Source of the DNA: Octopus sinensis
Lineage: Eukaryota
NCBI RefSeq assembly: GCF_006345805.1
Contig: NW_021832381.1
Location: forward strand, 102,255-166,254
Direction: 5' to 3'
DNA length: 64,000 nt
The notes under the pieces: generated by a model
Told to the model about the DNA's origin: nothing
The model's database searches: none
The model's input: only the letters and a program-made list of their open reading frames with translations
Made by a program: the position numbers and the translations under genes
Shown: positions 25,916-38,134 of the stretch, piece by piece
Layout: each line of letters opens with the position of its first letter
Position numbering within the stretch: the first letter of the stretch is position 1

Positions 25916-26063
25916 AAACTAAATATTTTGCGTTTATTTAAATATTTAAATCTATAAACAAATTAAAATCAAATAATATTAAAATCAAAAAATTTTGATT
26001 CGTAGTTAAAGTTAAAATTCAACAGAAAGCTTTTAGAGTCAAGATTATTTTTTATGTTATAAA

Positions 26064-28722
26064 TAGGGCAACCGGAAAGTTGCTCTTAAAAATGTAAAAA
26101 ATTGACCTTAAAAGTCAACTAAATTGCTTTAAAAATAAAAAAAGTTGACATAATATGCATAAAAGTTGCCCTAAGAAACAGAAATTATTTATTAAAGCAC
26201 AACATTGAATAATATTTAACATTTTCAGGTAGGAAATTCTATCTTTGGTTAAAATTTTGTGAAGAATAGAAAATGATCTTTCTACTTCACACGATGTTGC
26301 CGGGCAATCCAATAATAATGCGTGGTGAAATGGAGTAATTGGTAGCTTAGATCAGCGGTTCTCAAATGCGGCCCCGGGGCCGCATGTGGCCCCCAGGATT
26401 TTTTTTGCGGCCCCTCTAGAGTAACTAAATTTTTTAATTTTTTAATAATGTTTAAATTTAATTATTCATTCTTAAGGTTAAACATATCCATAATTGGTGA
26501 TTTCATTAATCAATTTGAAGCACGTTTTGGGGTACATTTATATAAATTTAATTTTTAGAATTTTAAAGAATTCCTTCCTTTAATGAAAATATTCGCAACT
26601 TATTCAGCGTGGAAATTAAGGATGCGCCTGCAAAATTCAACTAGAACTCATTAATTACTGGCGGCATTGTTCAAAAATGCGTCTATTATTAATTTTTACG
26701 AATTAATTCCTCAAGACAAATTCAAAAATATAACATACAATGCATATATGAATATATCAATGTGTTTAAATCTACATATTTATGCGAATCAATATTTAGT
26801 AAAATGATTCGAATAAAAAATAAATATCGTAACAAGCTCACGGATAATCACTTGAGTCAGCTTTTACGAACTTCTTCGACTTTACTTATTCCGATTTCAA
26901 AAACTTAATAAACAAATAGTATTTAGCTCAAGGGCCAAATCGATAATTAAGATTAGCTTCGCGGGCCGCACAAAAATATTTTAATATATTTTTATATTTT
27001 CCAAGCCGGTAACTCGCTTGCAATCCGAAGTGCAGCCACTGCTGATGCGTAATAAGTTTTAGACTCTTTTTTTTTTTTTTTAATTTTCATTTTTTTATAA
27101 GAAATAAAAGCTAAAAAAATCTACAAAAGACGTTGTATCTAAAAGAAAATACTATTTGTTTATTAAGTTTTTGAAATCGGAATAAGTAAAGTCGAAGAAG
27201 TTCGTAAAAGCTGACTCAAGTGATTATCCGTGAGCTTGTTACGATATTTATTTTTTATTCGAATCATTTTACTAAATATTGATTCGCATAAATATGTAGA
27301 TTTAAACATTGATATATTCATATATGCATTGTATGTTATATTTTTGAATTTGTCTTGAGGAATTAATTCGTAAAAATTAATAATAGACGCATTTTTGAAC
27401 AATGCCGCCAGTAAATTAATGAGTTCTAGTTGAATTTTGCAGGCGCATCCTTAATTTCCACGCTGAATAAAGTTGCGAATATTTTCATTAAAGGAAGGAA
27501 TTCTTTAAAATTCTAAAAATTAAATTATATAAATGTCCCCAAAACGTGCTTCAAATGATTAATGAAATCACCAATTATGGATATGTTAACCTTAAGAATG
27601 AATAATTAAATTTAAACATTATTAAAAAATTAAAAAAGTTAGTTACTCTAGAGGGGCCGCAAAAAAAATCCTGGGGGCCACATGCGGCCCCGGGGGCCGC
27701 ATTTGAGAACCGCTGTTCTATACCATTACAAATATTGATGATTTGTGTTAATTTTTTGCATAATAGTCAGCAGCATTTAACCAACTGCCCCATCTAGTTA
27801 CAATGGGCTCGGGTGGATATTCATTTCTGTAAATAATTGACGTCGTGAATTATTTTGACAACAAGTGCTTTGACGCACGATATTAATTTATCTAACTCTG
27901 GATAATGTGATTTAATTCTGAAGCACAATTATGTAATAAATGCGCCACACAAGTAACATGAAATAGATTTGAATATAATTGCTTTAATACTTTTCCAGAA
28001 GAAACCATATATAAAGCAGCATCAGAAATAAGTAAATAAAAATTTTTCCTATCAACATTGAGTTTTCGAATGACGTCATCAATAATTTGACATATAATCG
28101 CGGAATTGGGAGCTGTACTAATTGCAATACAATCAATTAAAAAATATTCTTGTGGATTTTTTAACGTTCCAACAAGACAATTAATATACTTCTCTTTTCC
28201 AAAATCACTTTCGTCAATCATTAAAACAATTTGTTCACTTGAAACTGTGTTAATAATTTGTGAAACCATCCTTTCACCAAGAAATGTAACAATGTCTCTG
28301 CATTTGGTTTCCGAAGGAACAAAATGTCCATATTTATTAAAAAATCAATAATGGATGTATTTCGTAACTTATGAAGGATATTTTTTAACAATAGAAGAAA
28401 TTCGCTTAGTGTTGGAACTCCTGTTTTTAGGCATTGTAAAAAAGCAGTCAACAAAAACCGAAGAAACGTGCACTATGAAATTATATTAATATTAAAAAAA
28501 TGTTATTATAAATTTTTATACTCAATAAAATAAAAGTTGACAATAAGAGTAAAAAAGTTGCTCAATAAAATAAAAGTTGACGGTAGAGAGTAGAAAATTG
28601 ACTTTGTTGCTTTTATAACTTTTTATATATACATTTTTTATCGAAATAATTGACTAATATCATTTTAACACTATAATTAAGCAAAAAACTCAAGTTGACT
28701 TTGTTGACTTTCGGTTGCCCTA
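26064..28722 (-). mobile_element. Defective hAT transposon with TAGGGCAACC TIRs
   Basis: TIRs at 26064 and 28722 with an exact 8-bp TSD GTTATAAA. Transposase pieces 27892-28454 (FHVTCVAHLLHNCA) and 26115-26312 (ATSCEVERSFS). Confidence 0.92.
26353..27715. mobile_element. Foldback made of two inverted hAT (Charlie-type) half-elements, nested in the hAT above
   Basis: Arms ~26353-26923 and ~27148-27715 are reverse complements starting CAGCGGTTCTCAAA. Each encodes a hAT dimerisation remnant (STYLCESIFSKM). No 8-bp TSD. Confidence 0.85.
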
Positions 28723-28929
28723 GTTATAAATCAGTGGTTCTCAGCGTGAGGGATATCACCCAAATGGGGCGATGAACTTTATGATATAGAGAAATCAATT
28801 TTTAATTTGCGCACGAATATTCTTACATTCTCAATTACCAGTAAAACGTGAAAAATTTAGACGTTATAATGAGTTTTAACTGAACCGCGAGATAGGGCTA
28901 AAACGGATTCCGGATGTCCTTACATATCT

Positions 28930-29590
28930 GAGATCAAAACACCCAGACCCTCTTCCTCATGCACGACCTTTTACACGTCTATCTGTGCCTTCCACCCTCA
29001 ACCATTCAGAGGAAGGAATCAGAACTTCAATCAAATCATTCGGGAAAAGAAGCTGCGGCGAACTCGATGGCTTACACCCAGTCCATATTAAAAACCTCAC
29101 CTTTCCCTCGACTGGAGAGGTAGGGAACAGCCTGATATCCGCTATAGCCGCTCTAGTCGGCAGGATATTAAGCGGTGAGATCCCACAGTTCGCGAGGAAC
29201 ATGCTCTTCTAGGTACATTTACTCGCATTTCCGGAAAAATACGGCGAAATAAGTCCCATAGCAGTTGGAAACTACTTCCGTAACCTGACCGCTAAATTGG
29301 CAGCGACGAGTGTATGTCCCCGCTTTAGCTTTGAATTTGCTCCTCAGCAACTTGGGTGAAGATCACCAACGGTTGTGAGGCCTCAGTTCACGCTGCCAAA
29401 GTCTTTTTTTCTCTAACGGACCACTCAACTCTCTCCACGCAGCTGTGAACCTCGATAGCGTAAGGAGAAAAGTTGCTACCAACTTCCTTTCATTTTCCAT
29501 TTTTACGTTTTTGTTCAGCTGGGTGTCCTCGCGAAATGTTAGCATCCCACGTTGATGGGCAACAGAGGCGTACTGTTCGTTACCTACCTT
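28930..29590 (+). pseudogene. CRE-clade non-LTR RT fragment
   Basis: SCGELDGLHPVHIK...ISPIAVGNYFRNLTAK...PQQLG...GCEASVHA. Confidence 0.75.
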
Positions 29591-29636
29591 CACTCAACTC
29601 ATACAAGAACAAAAAACAAAGGTTTACCGTTTTATT

Positions 29637-30228
29637 ATTTATTTTATTTATTTATTAACTCCAAGATCACCGAGAAAGATAGGTCAGAACTAACTAATTA
29701 GGTGATCCCTGCCTCCAACAACAGCCGTACTTTCCTTACATGATCTTCTGATGACCCGACCGTAATCCGGAAAAGCCTTCTCTTCCTTCTGCAGAGGAAC
29801 TCAATTGGAGTGCATTTCTTTATAACCGACCGAAATTCCTCTGCATGTGCCACCTTTTCCTTGAGTGGGTTTCCCAGTTCCTTGCAGAAACGTAGGAAAC
29901 CCTGTCCATTCTTCTGCGTCGCCTCCTCGGAAGCAAGACTGCCAACTGAGGTGTCAGTGTGGAGCATAATCTTCCTTCTGAGTGAGTTCAAACGTTCCGC
30001 TTTCGAACAAGCAATAGCAAACCTCCAGGCTGAGCAGGCATACTCAACCGTCGGGGCAATCACTTGTTGGTAGACTTTGCTGACACAATCTTTCAGGGGG
30101 AAGGGACTCTTCTTTAACAGAGCTTTCAAGACGTTCCACTTCCGCAGACCTTTAGCTAGGGCCTCCTCTACGTGACTTGAGAACGTCATTAAGGAGTCGA
30201 AAACCACGCCAAGGATCTTCTGGGTACG
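29637..30228 (-). mobile_element. 5'-truncated LINE 3' end (copy 2 of 17650-18372)
   Basis: ORF 29698-30207 nearly matches 17790-18329. (AATA)n tail. Confidence 0.8.
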
Positions 30229-30399
30229 CGATAATACGTGGCGGCATGCGGTTCACCTGTTGTTGTGGTGGCGCCCAGTGCATATTCTGCATGAAAAAGA
30301 ACCGTTCTACCTTCTCCCCCCCTTCACGACTTTACCGTTTTAAAAATAAACTAACTTAATTTAAATGAAAAAATTCCTCTTGTCATACAAAAAATTTCA

Positions 30400-30960
30400 A
30401 CTTTATTAATTTGGATTTTCGTTTCAGGCATGATTTACGTATCAACTCTGATTTGGACATTTTGGGTCGACATTATTGACACAACCAAATGTCATTTCAA
30501 TTTCCTGTTCGATAACGTGGAAACAATCCTTCGGATTTTGTTCAAATGTTTTGAATAATATGTTGCAGCCTTAAGCCAGCTGCCCCATCTTGTGACAACA
30601 ACATCTGGAGGTAGACAAAATTCTGAAAAAAAGCTTTTGACGACTTTTATTTTTAAGCGTCACAATCTTCATCGATGATATTAAGAAATCGATGTCTTGA
30701 TAGTGAGAACGCACTTTTAGTGCACAATTATGAAGTAAATGGGCGAAACAAGGTGAATCATATTCGGATAAAATATACGTATTCTAGTTACGGCTGACAT
30801 CATATACGGTGCAGCATCAGTTAACAACAAAACAAAGTTTTTTTTCTCAACTTGGGAATTTCGTAAGCAAACATCAATTGTTTGACAATTTTTTTTTTAA
30901 TTAGGAGGAAAATATGAAAAAGTTAACACGAGTTTATAAAGAGCTTGGATGAACTTGCAC
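30400..30960 (-). pseudogene. hAT-like transposase fragment
   Basis: Related to 27892-28454 and 46625-46837 (LTDAAPY; PPDVVVTRWGSWLKAA). Confidence 0.65.
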
Positions 30961-31009
30961 CGCACGTCACAACACAAATACAGTCAATTAAATAAATATT
31001 GCTTAATAT

Positions 31010-31818
31010 ATTATGCTATTAGTTGAGATCCCTAGATGTGAGTATATGGGGGTACTTAAGATTATGTATTGAATAGCGTAATCTATTATGAAATTTGGAG
31101 AGGTCTTTAGATATTATGATATTGGGGGTACTTCATATTATGTAATGAATAGCGTAAGATATTATGAAATTTGGAAAGGTCTATAGATGTAAGGATATGG
31201 GGGTACTTGAGATTATTTAATGAATTGCATAATATATCATTAAATTTGGGGAGGTCCCTAGATGAGGATATGGGGATTATGTAATGAATTGGGAATATAT
31301 TATGCCATCAGTGGAGATCCCTAGATGTGTCTATATGGGGGTACATAAGATTATGTAATGAATTTCCTAAGATATTATGCATTTTAAGGAAGTGCCAAGA
31401 TGTGAGGATATGGGCGTACTTGACATTATAAAATTAATTGCCTAAGAAATTATCCAATTAGGTGAGATCTATAGATGTGAATATATGGGGGTACTTGAGA
31501 TTATGATGTGAATTGCGTAAAATAATATGCAATTTGGAAGGTCCCAAGATGTGATGATATCGGGGTACTAGAGATTAATTAAGTAACTGCCTAAAATATT
31601 ATGCAATTTGGAGAGGTTTAAAATTTTTGGATTTGGTGTACTTGAGATTATGTAATGAATTGCGTAATATAATATGAAATTTTGGGAGGTCTTTAGATGT
31701 GAGGATTCGGGGTACTTGAGATTCTGTAATGAATTGCCTAAGATATTATGCATTTTAAGGAAGTGCCAAGATGTGAGGATATGTGCGTACTTGAGATTAT
31801 TTAATGAATTGCCTAATA
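31010..31818 (-). repeat. 74-bp satellite, reverse orientation
   Basis: Reverse complement of the 47.6-61.1 kb monomer. Continues at 42880-43104 and 45143-45235 once the insertions are removed. Confidence 0.9.
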
Positions 31819-32026
31819 CAGTAAAACCTCTGGTGCTCGCCATTTTCGGGACCGAAGAAAAAATGGCGAGCAATATAAATAATCAATAAATTTGTTGACA
31901 TTGAAATTTTGAAAACATCTCCGTTTTCGATACTTTCCGATCATAAGTGAGTCTTTCAAGTCATATTTGAGCAAAGAAACAAAGAGAATCGAAAGAAATT
32001 AAAAGGAAAAAATTAACTAAAAAAAT

Positions 32027-34700
32027 AGCTTGCGAGACGGGCATCGGAGCTGAGGCTCCTGCTGGCCACAGCGAAGTCTCACATATTGATTATCAATGAG
32101 ACTAAGCTGAAGGAAGCTACGAGGGTGGAATTCGAAGGCTATAAGTTTATTAATATACCATGGAAAATAAACTCAGTGGCGGGGACAGGAACCTCAGGCT
32201 ACTACAGGGCGAACCTTAAGGTAAGAAACATCAGAATTGTGGAGGAGTCACTCTGTGAACTTATTGTGCTCGAGCTGCACACGACTGCTGGCTGGCTAAC
32301 CGTCGGGGGAATGTACTCAAAGTCGCTAAGGCGCTATTCAAACGTTATTGGAACGTTCTTTGAGGAAAATTGCCTGTCAATCCTAGCAGGAGATCTTAAT
32401 GCCAAAAATGTGAGTTATGGATGTGAAACTACGAATATGGATGGAACTGTCCTTGAGGACTTGGCCAGTAGCTTGGGTTTTTCGGTCTTTACATCGGAAG
32501 AACTTAATCATTATGCAGACAGAGGCAGGGCTGATCGCTTGGGTCTTTTTCTATGCTCGGCATCAATTAGTCCTTTATGTTACATACCGAGGTTGGAAGC
32601 GGACATTGGCTCTGACCACGTGCCGCAAACGATGTTGATAAAGATGACTATGAATGTTACGGAGGACTTGTTCATTGGTTACAACCTCGTGAACATGAAC
32701 TGGAGTTTATTCGAATCATATATGCGAGATTCTCTTCGAAATGTCGTGTCCCAGCCTCTGAGAAGCAGAGATGATATTGACAATCTCGATGATCACCTTA
32801 GATCGTCAATCATAAAATTCCTGGATATTTATGCATTAAAAAATGTATGGAAACCCAAAGGAACGCAAAAGCGGATGAATTCGAAACTTGTCACTCTGAT
32901 CAGAACGAAAGGTACCCTGGAAAATCGCAGGAGAAGATGTCGGGTTGAGTCAATCAAATGCCGCCTGAAATTGGAGATCGACAAGATAAAATCTACTATT
33001 GCAAAAATGGCCAAGACTGAGGTTGAAAGTAAATGGAGGTCTGAATGCAGAAAACTGGATAAGCGAAACCCTAATTTCTGGAAAGCATATCAACGCCTTA
33101 CCAGAAATGATGCCAAAGGATTTGAAATTTCACTAAAAGAACCAGACGGGAAATATATCTCCTCTGATCGTATTCCGGAAGTACTCAGGAACCAACTCAG
33201 TCAGGTTCAAGAGGTCGAGTCTAGCGTTCCACGAGGGACTTATGACCGAATTGTGAAAAAGCTTGGCTCTTCGCAATTATCGGAGGGACCATTATGTGGG
33301 GCGATAACACAGGAAGAGGTTGAAAGGGCAATTGCTGGGTTGAAGAACAAGGCGCCTGGCTTCGACTACATCCCTCCGAAGTTGTTAAAGAAGGCCCCTG
33401 AAATCTTGATACAAGCATTGACTATGTTGTTTCACGCCAGTTGGACGTTCGGACACCTTCCATCGGCGTGGAAGCATACGATTGTTCGAATGATTCCAAA
33501 ATCTGGTAAATCGACACTGCTGGCACAGAACTACCGGCCAATTAGCCTCATTTGTGCTTTCTCTAAGACAATGGAAAAGATTGTCTTTAACAGACTCTCT
33601 GGTCATATAGAATCACAAAATTTGCTTCTACCCGAACAATGGGGATTTCGTGGAGGAAGATCCACAGGGGACTGCCTCAGGGAGTTAAGCACCAATTATC
33701 CCGTGCTGACAGAAATGAAGCATGGCTAACTGTGGTGTGTCTGGATCTGGCCAAAGCCTTCGATAGCGTGTGGCACCTGGGCCTACTCTCCAGAATCCAT
33801 GACATCGGAGCCGGGATAAAGACCTATCGATGGCTGGAGAGCTTCTTGTCAGGAAGACAATCATTTGTCCGCTGTGGAAACCGCTTATCGGGGTGTGTGG
33901 AACTTAGAAGGGGAGTCCCGCAGGGATCTATCTTGAGTCCACTTCTGTTCAACCTCTTCTTGGCGGACATTCCTCTGCCGTCGACACGTACTGGCAAGCT
34001 CGTTATCTATGCTGACGATATCCTGGTCATGGATACCTCGAAAAGGATATCGCAGTCTTGGAGACGACTGAAATCATACATTGCAACGCTAAAGATGTGG
34101 ACTATAGAGAAGGGTTTGACCCTAGCACCGGAGAAGAGCACCATTTCATGGTTGCGGAGAGGGAGTCGCTATGCGGAGTCGTGTGCATATGCGATGAGTA
34201 GCTATGTGATGGATCTCTCGAAAAGAAAAAATCTTTCTTACCTGGGAGCAACCATTAACTGTCGTGGCTCGTACGTAGAGCATATAGCAAATCAGAGAAA
34301 GAGGAGTGTGAGGATCCTCAAAAGCTTAACCAGGTTCCATCTGGATCCGGAAACGTACATCTACGTATACAAAACGTGTGTGCAGCCAGTCCTCACATAT
34401 GGCTACGAGGGCTGGTACGGTACGGAGGAGAGTGACTACCTGATCGAACAGTTGGAAAAGACAAGACGTTTCGCTATGAATTTGGCTTACGGAGTACAAC
34501 TTGACGGAAGGTTAAAAGACTCACAAGAATCCTCTGTGCCCACGATCCGGATGGTCTTGGAGAATTGTCGTCAAATATGACTAGTATTGGGGATACGCAT
34601 GGAAAGAGACACTTCGGTGCCTTGTTTTTATCTCCCCGCCGATGATTTCTTCCTTGTTTTTCTTTTTCTTTTCGCTCAATAAACATTATTCTATTCTATT
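32027..34700 (+). mobile_element. LINE with nearly complete ORF2 (APE + RT), one frameshift, no ORF1
   Basis: ORFs 32086-33729 and 33639-34580. AATAAA plus (TTCTA)n tail. Approximate TSD CTAAAAAAA(A)T at 32016-32026 and 34701-34710. Confidence 0.92.
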
Positions 34701-34801
34701 CTAAAAAAATCTTTAATAGTTTTTTTTAATTCAGCCATATTCTTAATAACGGTGTCGATTAGTTCCAACGAATTTATATCAAAATTTTCATTTTGATAAA
34801 A

Positions 34802-35957
34802 TGCCCTTGGCATCCAAAAATTAAATCATGTGCTACGGGGGTCACCCTGCTTCTTAGAAAATGATCAACTTCATTCTATTAATGTACTTTTCCGGAAAAC
34901 AACTGAACGCATCATAAACATAAAATTCGACGATCAAGGCTGGAAACAAGCTTCCCTTCCTGTCTTCTTTAGAGGTCTTGGCATCCGAAATCCTACCGAT
35001 GTGTCCCGCCCCGCATTCCTGTCTTCACTATACAGCAGTCAAACTCTGGTTCAGAAGATTCTCCATCTCCTCCCCGAATTTTCATTACCTAAGATGACTG
35101 CCTACTTTGACAGTTGGAGCGCAAACGAATCGAAGCTGCCGTCGGACTTCTCCTCAGAGAAGAGTTATGACAAGATTGTGTGCGAAGGTCGGTTCGAGAG
35201 TCTCCTAAAGACATCGAATCAACACCGTAGAGCATGCTTGCTTGCCGGGAGGTCCACGGGGAGTGGAGAATGGTTGGAAGCCTTCCCGATCGGAAGCTTG
35301 GGGACTCTCTTGGATTCTGACACACTGCGAGTCGGTATCTGTCTACGTATCGGTCTCAAAGTTTGTGAACCACACAAATGCCGCTGTGGTGCATCGATTG
35401 ATCAATTTGGACTCCACCCCCTTTCCTGTCGAAAAAGCGCTGGTAGATTCCCGAGGCATTCAGCTCTCAACGACGTTATAAGAAGAGCTCTCGATTCAAT
35501 CGGATTCCCATCAGTGCTGGAACCACCTGATTGGACCGAGGAGATGGAAAACGCCCAGACGGGATGACTATCTTTCCGTTTTTGGAAGGAAAGCCTCTCG
35601 TATGGGATTCAACATGTTCCGACTCCTTGTCCAAGACAAATATGTTGGAAAGTGCCTGCAATGCTGGCACAGCTGCGGATAGTGCAGAGGACATCAAGAA
35701 GAAGAAATATGATGGGCTCACCGATCGCTACGTTTTCCGGCCGGTTGCCGTCGAAACCCTGGGATCGATTGGGAAGGAGTCGTTGCGCTTCCTCATGTGT
35801 ATTGGAAGTCTAAAGACCCTGAGAACACACAATCCTCTAAAGACGAGATGACTCCTCCAGAACGTGTCCCAAGCAATAGTGAGGGGAAACTGAATCGCCA
35901 TCAGTTCTTCTGCTTTAAATAAGTTATGATAAATTTTTTGGCTGTAATTAAATTAAA
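34802..35957 (+). mobile_element. 5'-truncated CRE-clade element (RT end + restriction-like endonuclease)
   Basis: LGIR, CRCGASID..HPLSC, RHSALNDVIRRAL, DGKRPDG..WDSTC motifs. 12-bp TSD ATTTTGATAAAA at 34790-34801 and 35958-35969. Confidence 0.85.
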
Positions 35958-35999
35958 ATTTTGATAAAAGAATGACTTTATTCTTTTCAACATTTTCAA

Positions 36000-37171
36000 A
36001 GCCTCTTCTGAATTCACATGAGATTGGTCATTATGAGTATCTTCATCGTCATATTTTTATGGGAAAGAATCTCCAGCAATATTAAGGTAATCTTCAATTT
36101 CATCTATTTCGGTAAATTCATAATTAATAAAATCATCTTTATCGACCGGGTCCAATATTTTCAAGATATTTACCATTTGATCATAATTATCAATTTCACC
36201 AGTTGGTCTTTCGAGTTGATTTTCACATTCGATCCATTTTGAATGTCCGAAACAATTTGTAGTTGTTTTGGTCGTTACTTTTTTCCAGGCAAAATATGTA
36301 AAAAGAAGACCGTCTTTTAAGGTTATTTTTATGAGCTTCCAGTGGATTTTCTCCATTTTCAATTTTTTCTAACATTAACACAAATTTAAGTTTATTAAAA
36401 TGTCATTTGAAGGATCTAATGATTCCTTGATCCATTGGTTGTAGAATTGTTGTAGTCTTCGAAGGTAGGTAAAGAACTTCAATTGACTGTAAATCAGCGT
36501 AAAGTTTATGGGATGGGCATCGATCCACAACTAAAAGAATTTTTCGTATAAAAAATAGTTTAACCAAAAAAATATTTTATGTCCACGTCGAACCTTCTGA
36601 CAAATACTTTTTGAAGGGATAGATTTGTAAAAAATCCCAGTTTCATCAGCGTTATAAATGTTTTCAGCATTATATTGTTGAATATTTGCAGAGATCAAAG
36701 AAGTAAATGCATCAATTTCTTGTTTCTGATCAACTGCAGCAGATCCTGATTCTCCATATAAAGACCTCAATTTTAAGTTGTTCCGTATCTTGAACTTGCT
36801 TAGCCATCCATTGCTGGCTTTAAACTCTTTAATTCCATAAATATTAGCAATGTTCTTTGCTTTCAACAAAATTGAATTATCGTCCAGAAACCCCCCTCTA
36901 AGCTCAATGTATTCCATCCAAGTTAATAGTTCGGTGTCAATAACAGAATAAGTTAAGTTAGATAATCTCTTCTTATTGGAGAAAATAGGATCAGTAGACA
37001 TTATTTTCTCTTTTCCAAGTCTTAAATCGTTCACAGCCCTTCGAGATATTTTTTTCTTCAAAACAGAAGAAAAAATGTAAGCTATACGGTCATCGTGAGA
37101 CTTTTGTTCTCCTCCATGTATGCAATAATGCGACGTTTTTCAGTAAAAGACAATCTTGTGCACTTACGCAT
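36000..37171 (-). pseudogene. pogo/Tigger (CENP-B HTH + DDD) transposase remnant
   Basis: MRKCTRLSFTEKRRII..., FKASNGWLSKFKIR, LYGESGS, YNADETGIFYK. Frameshifted and deleted. Confidence 0.88.
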
Positions 37172-37207
37172 GTTAAATTTAGCGTGGTTGAAATATTTTA
37201 TATAAAA

Positions 37208-37911
<704 letters not shown>

Positions 37912-38134
37912 AAAATAATAATAATTGTCACCGGCTTGAAAGGACCCCCACGCTTGAAGGGACGTTACAGAATTAAAAAGGCAAAAGTAAATGGCAGATA
38001 TAAATTATATGGAAAAAATAGTATTTTAATTATTTTATAATAATTTTAATGTTTAATTTATTATTTTTGAATGGCTTGTCTAAAATTTTATTTTTACATA
38101 TCAAATTATGACATGCAATGCGACAATTAAAATA

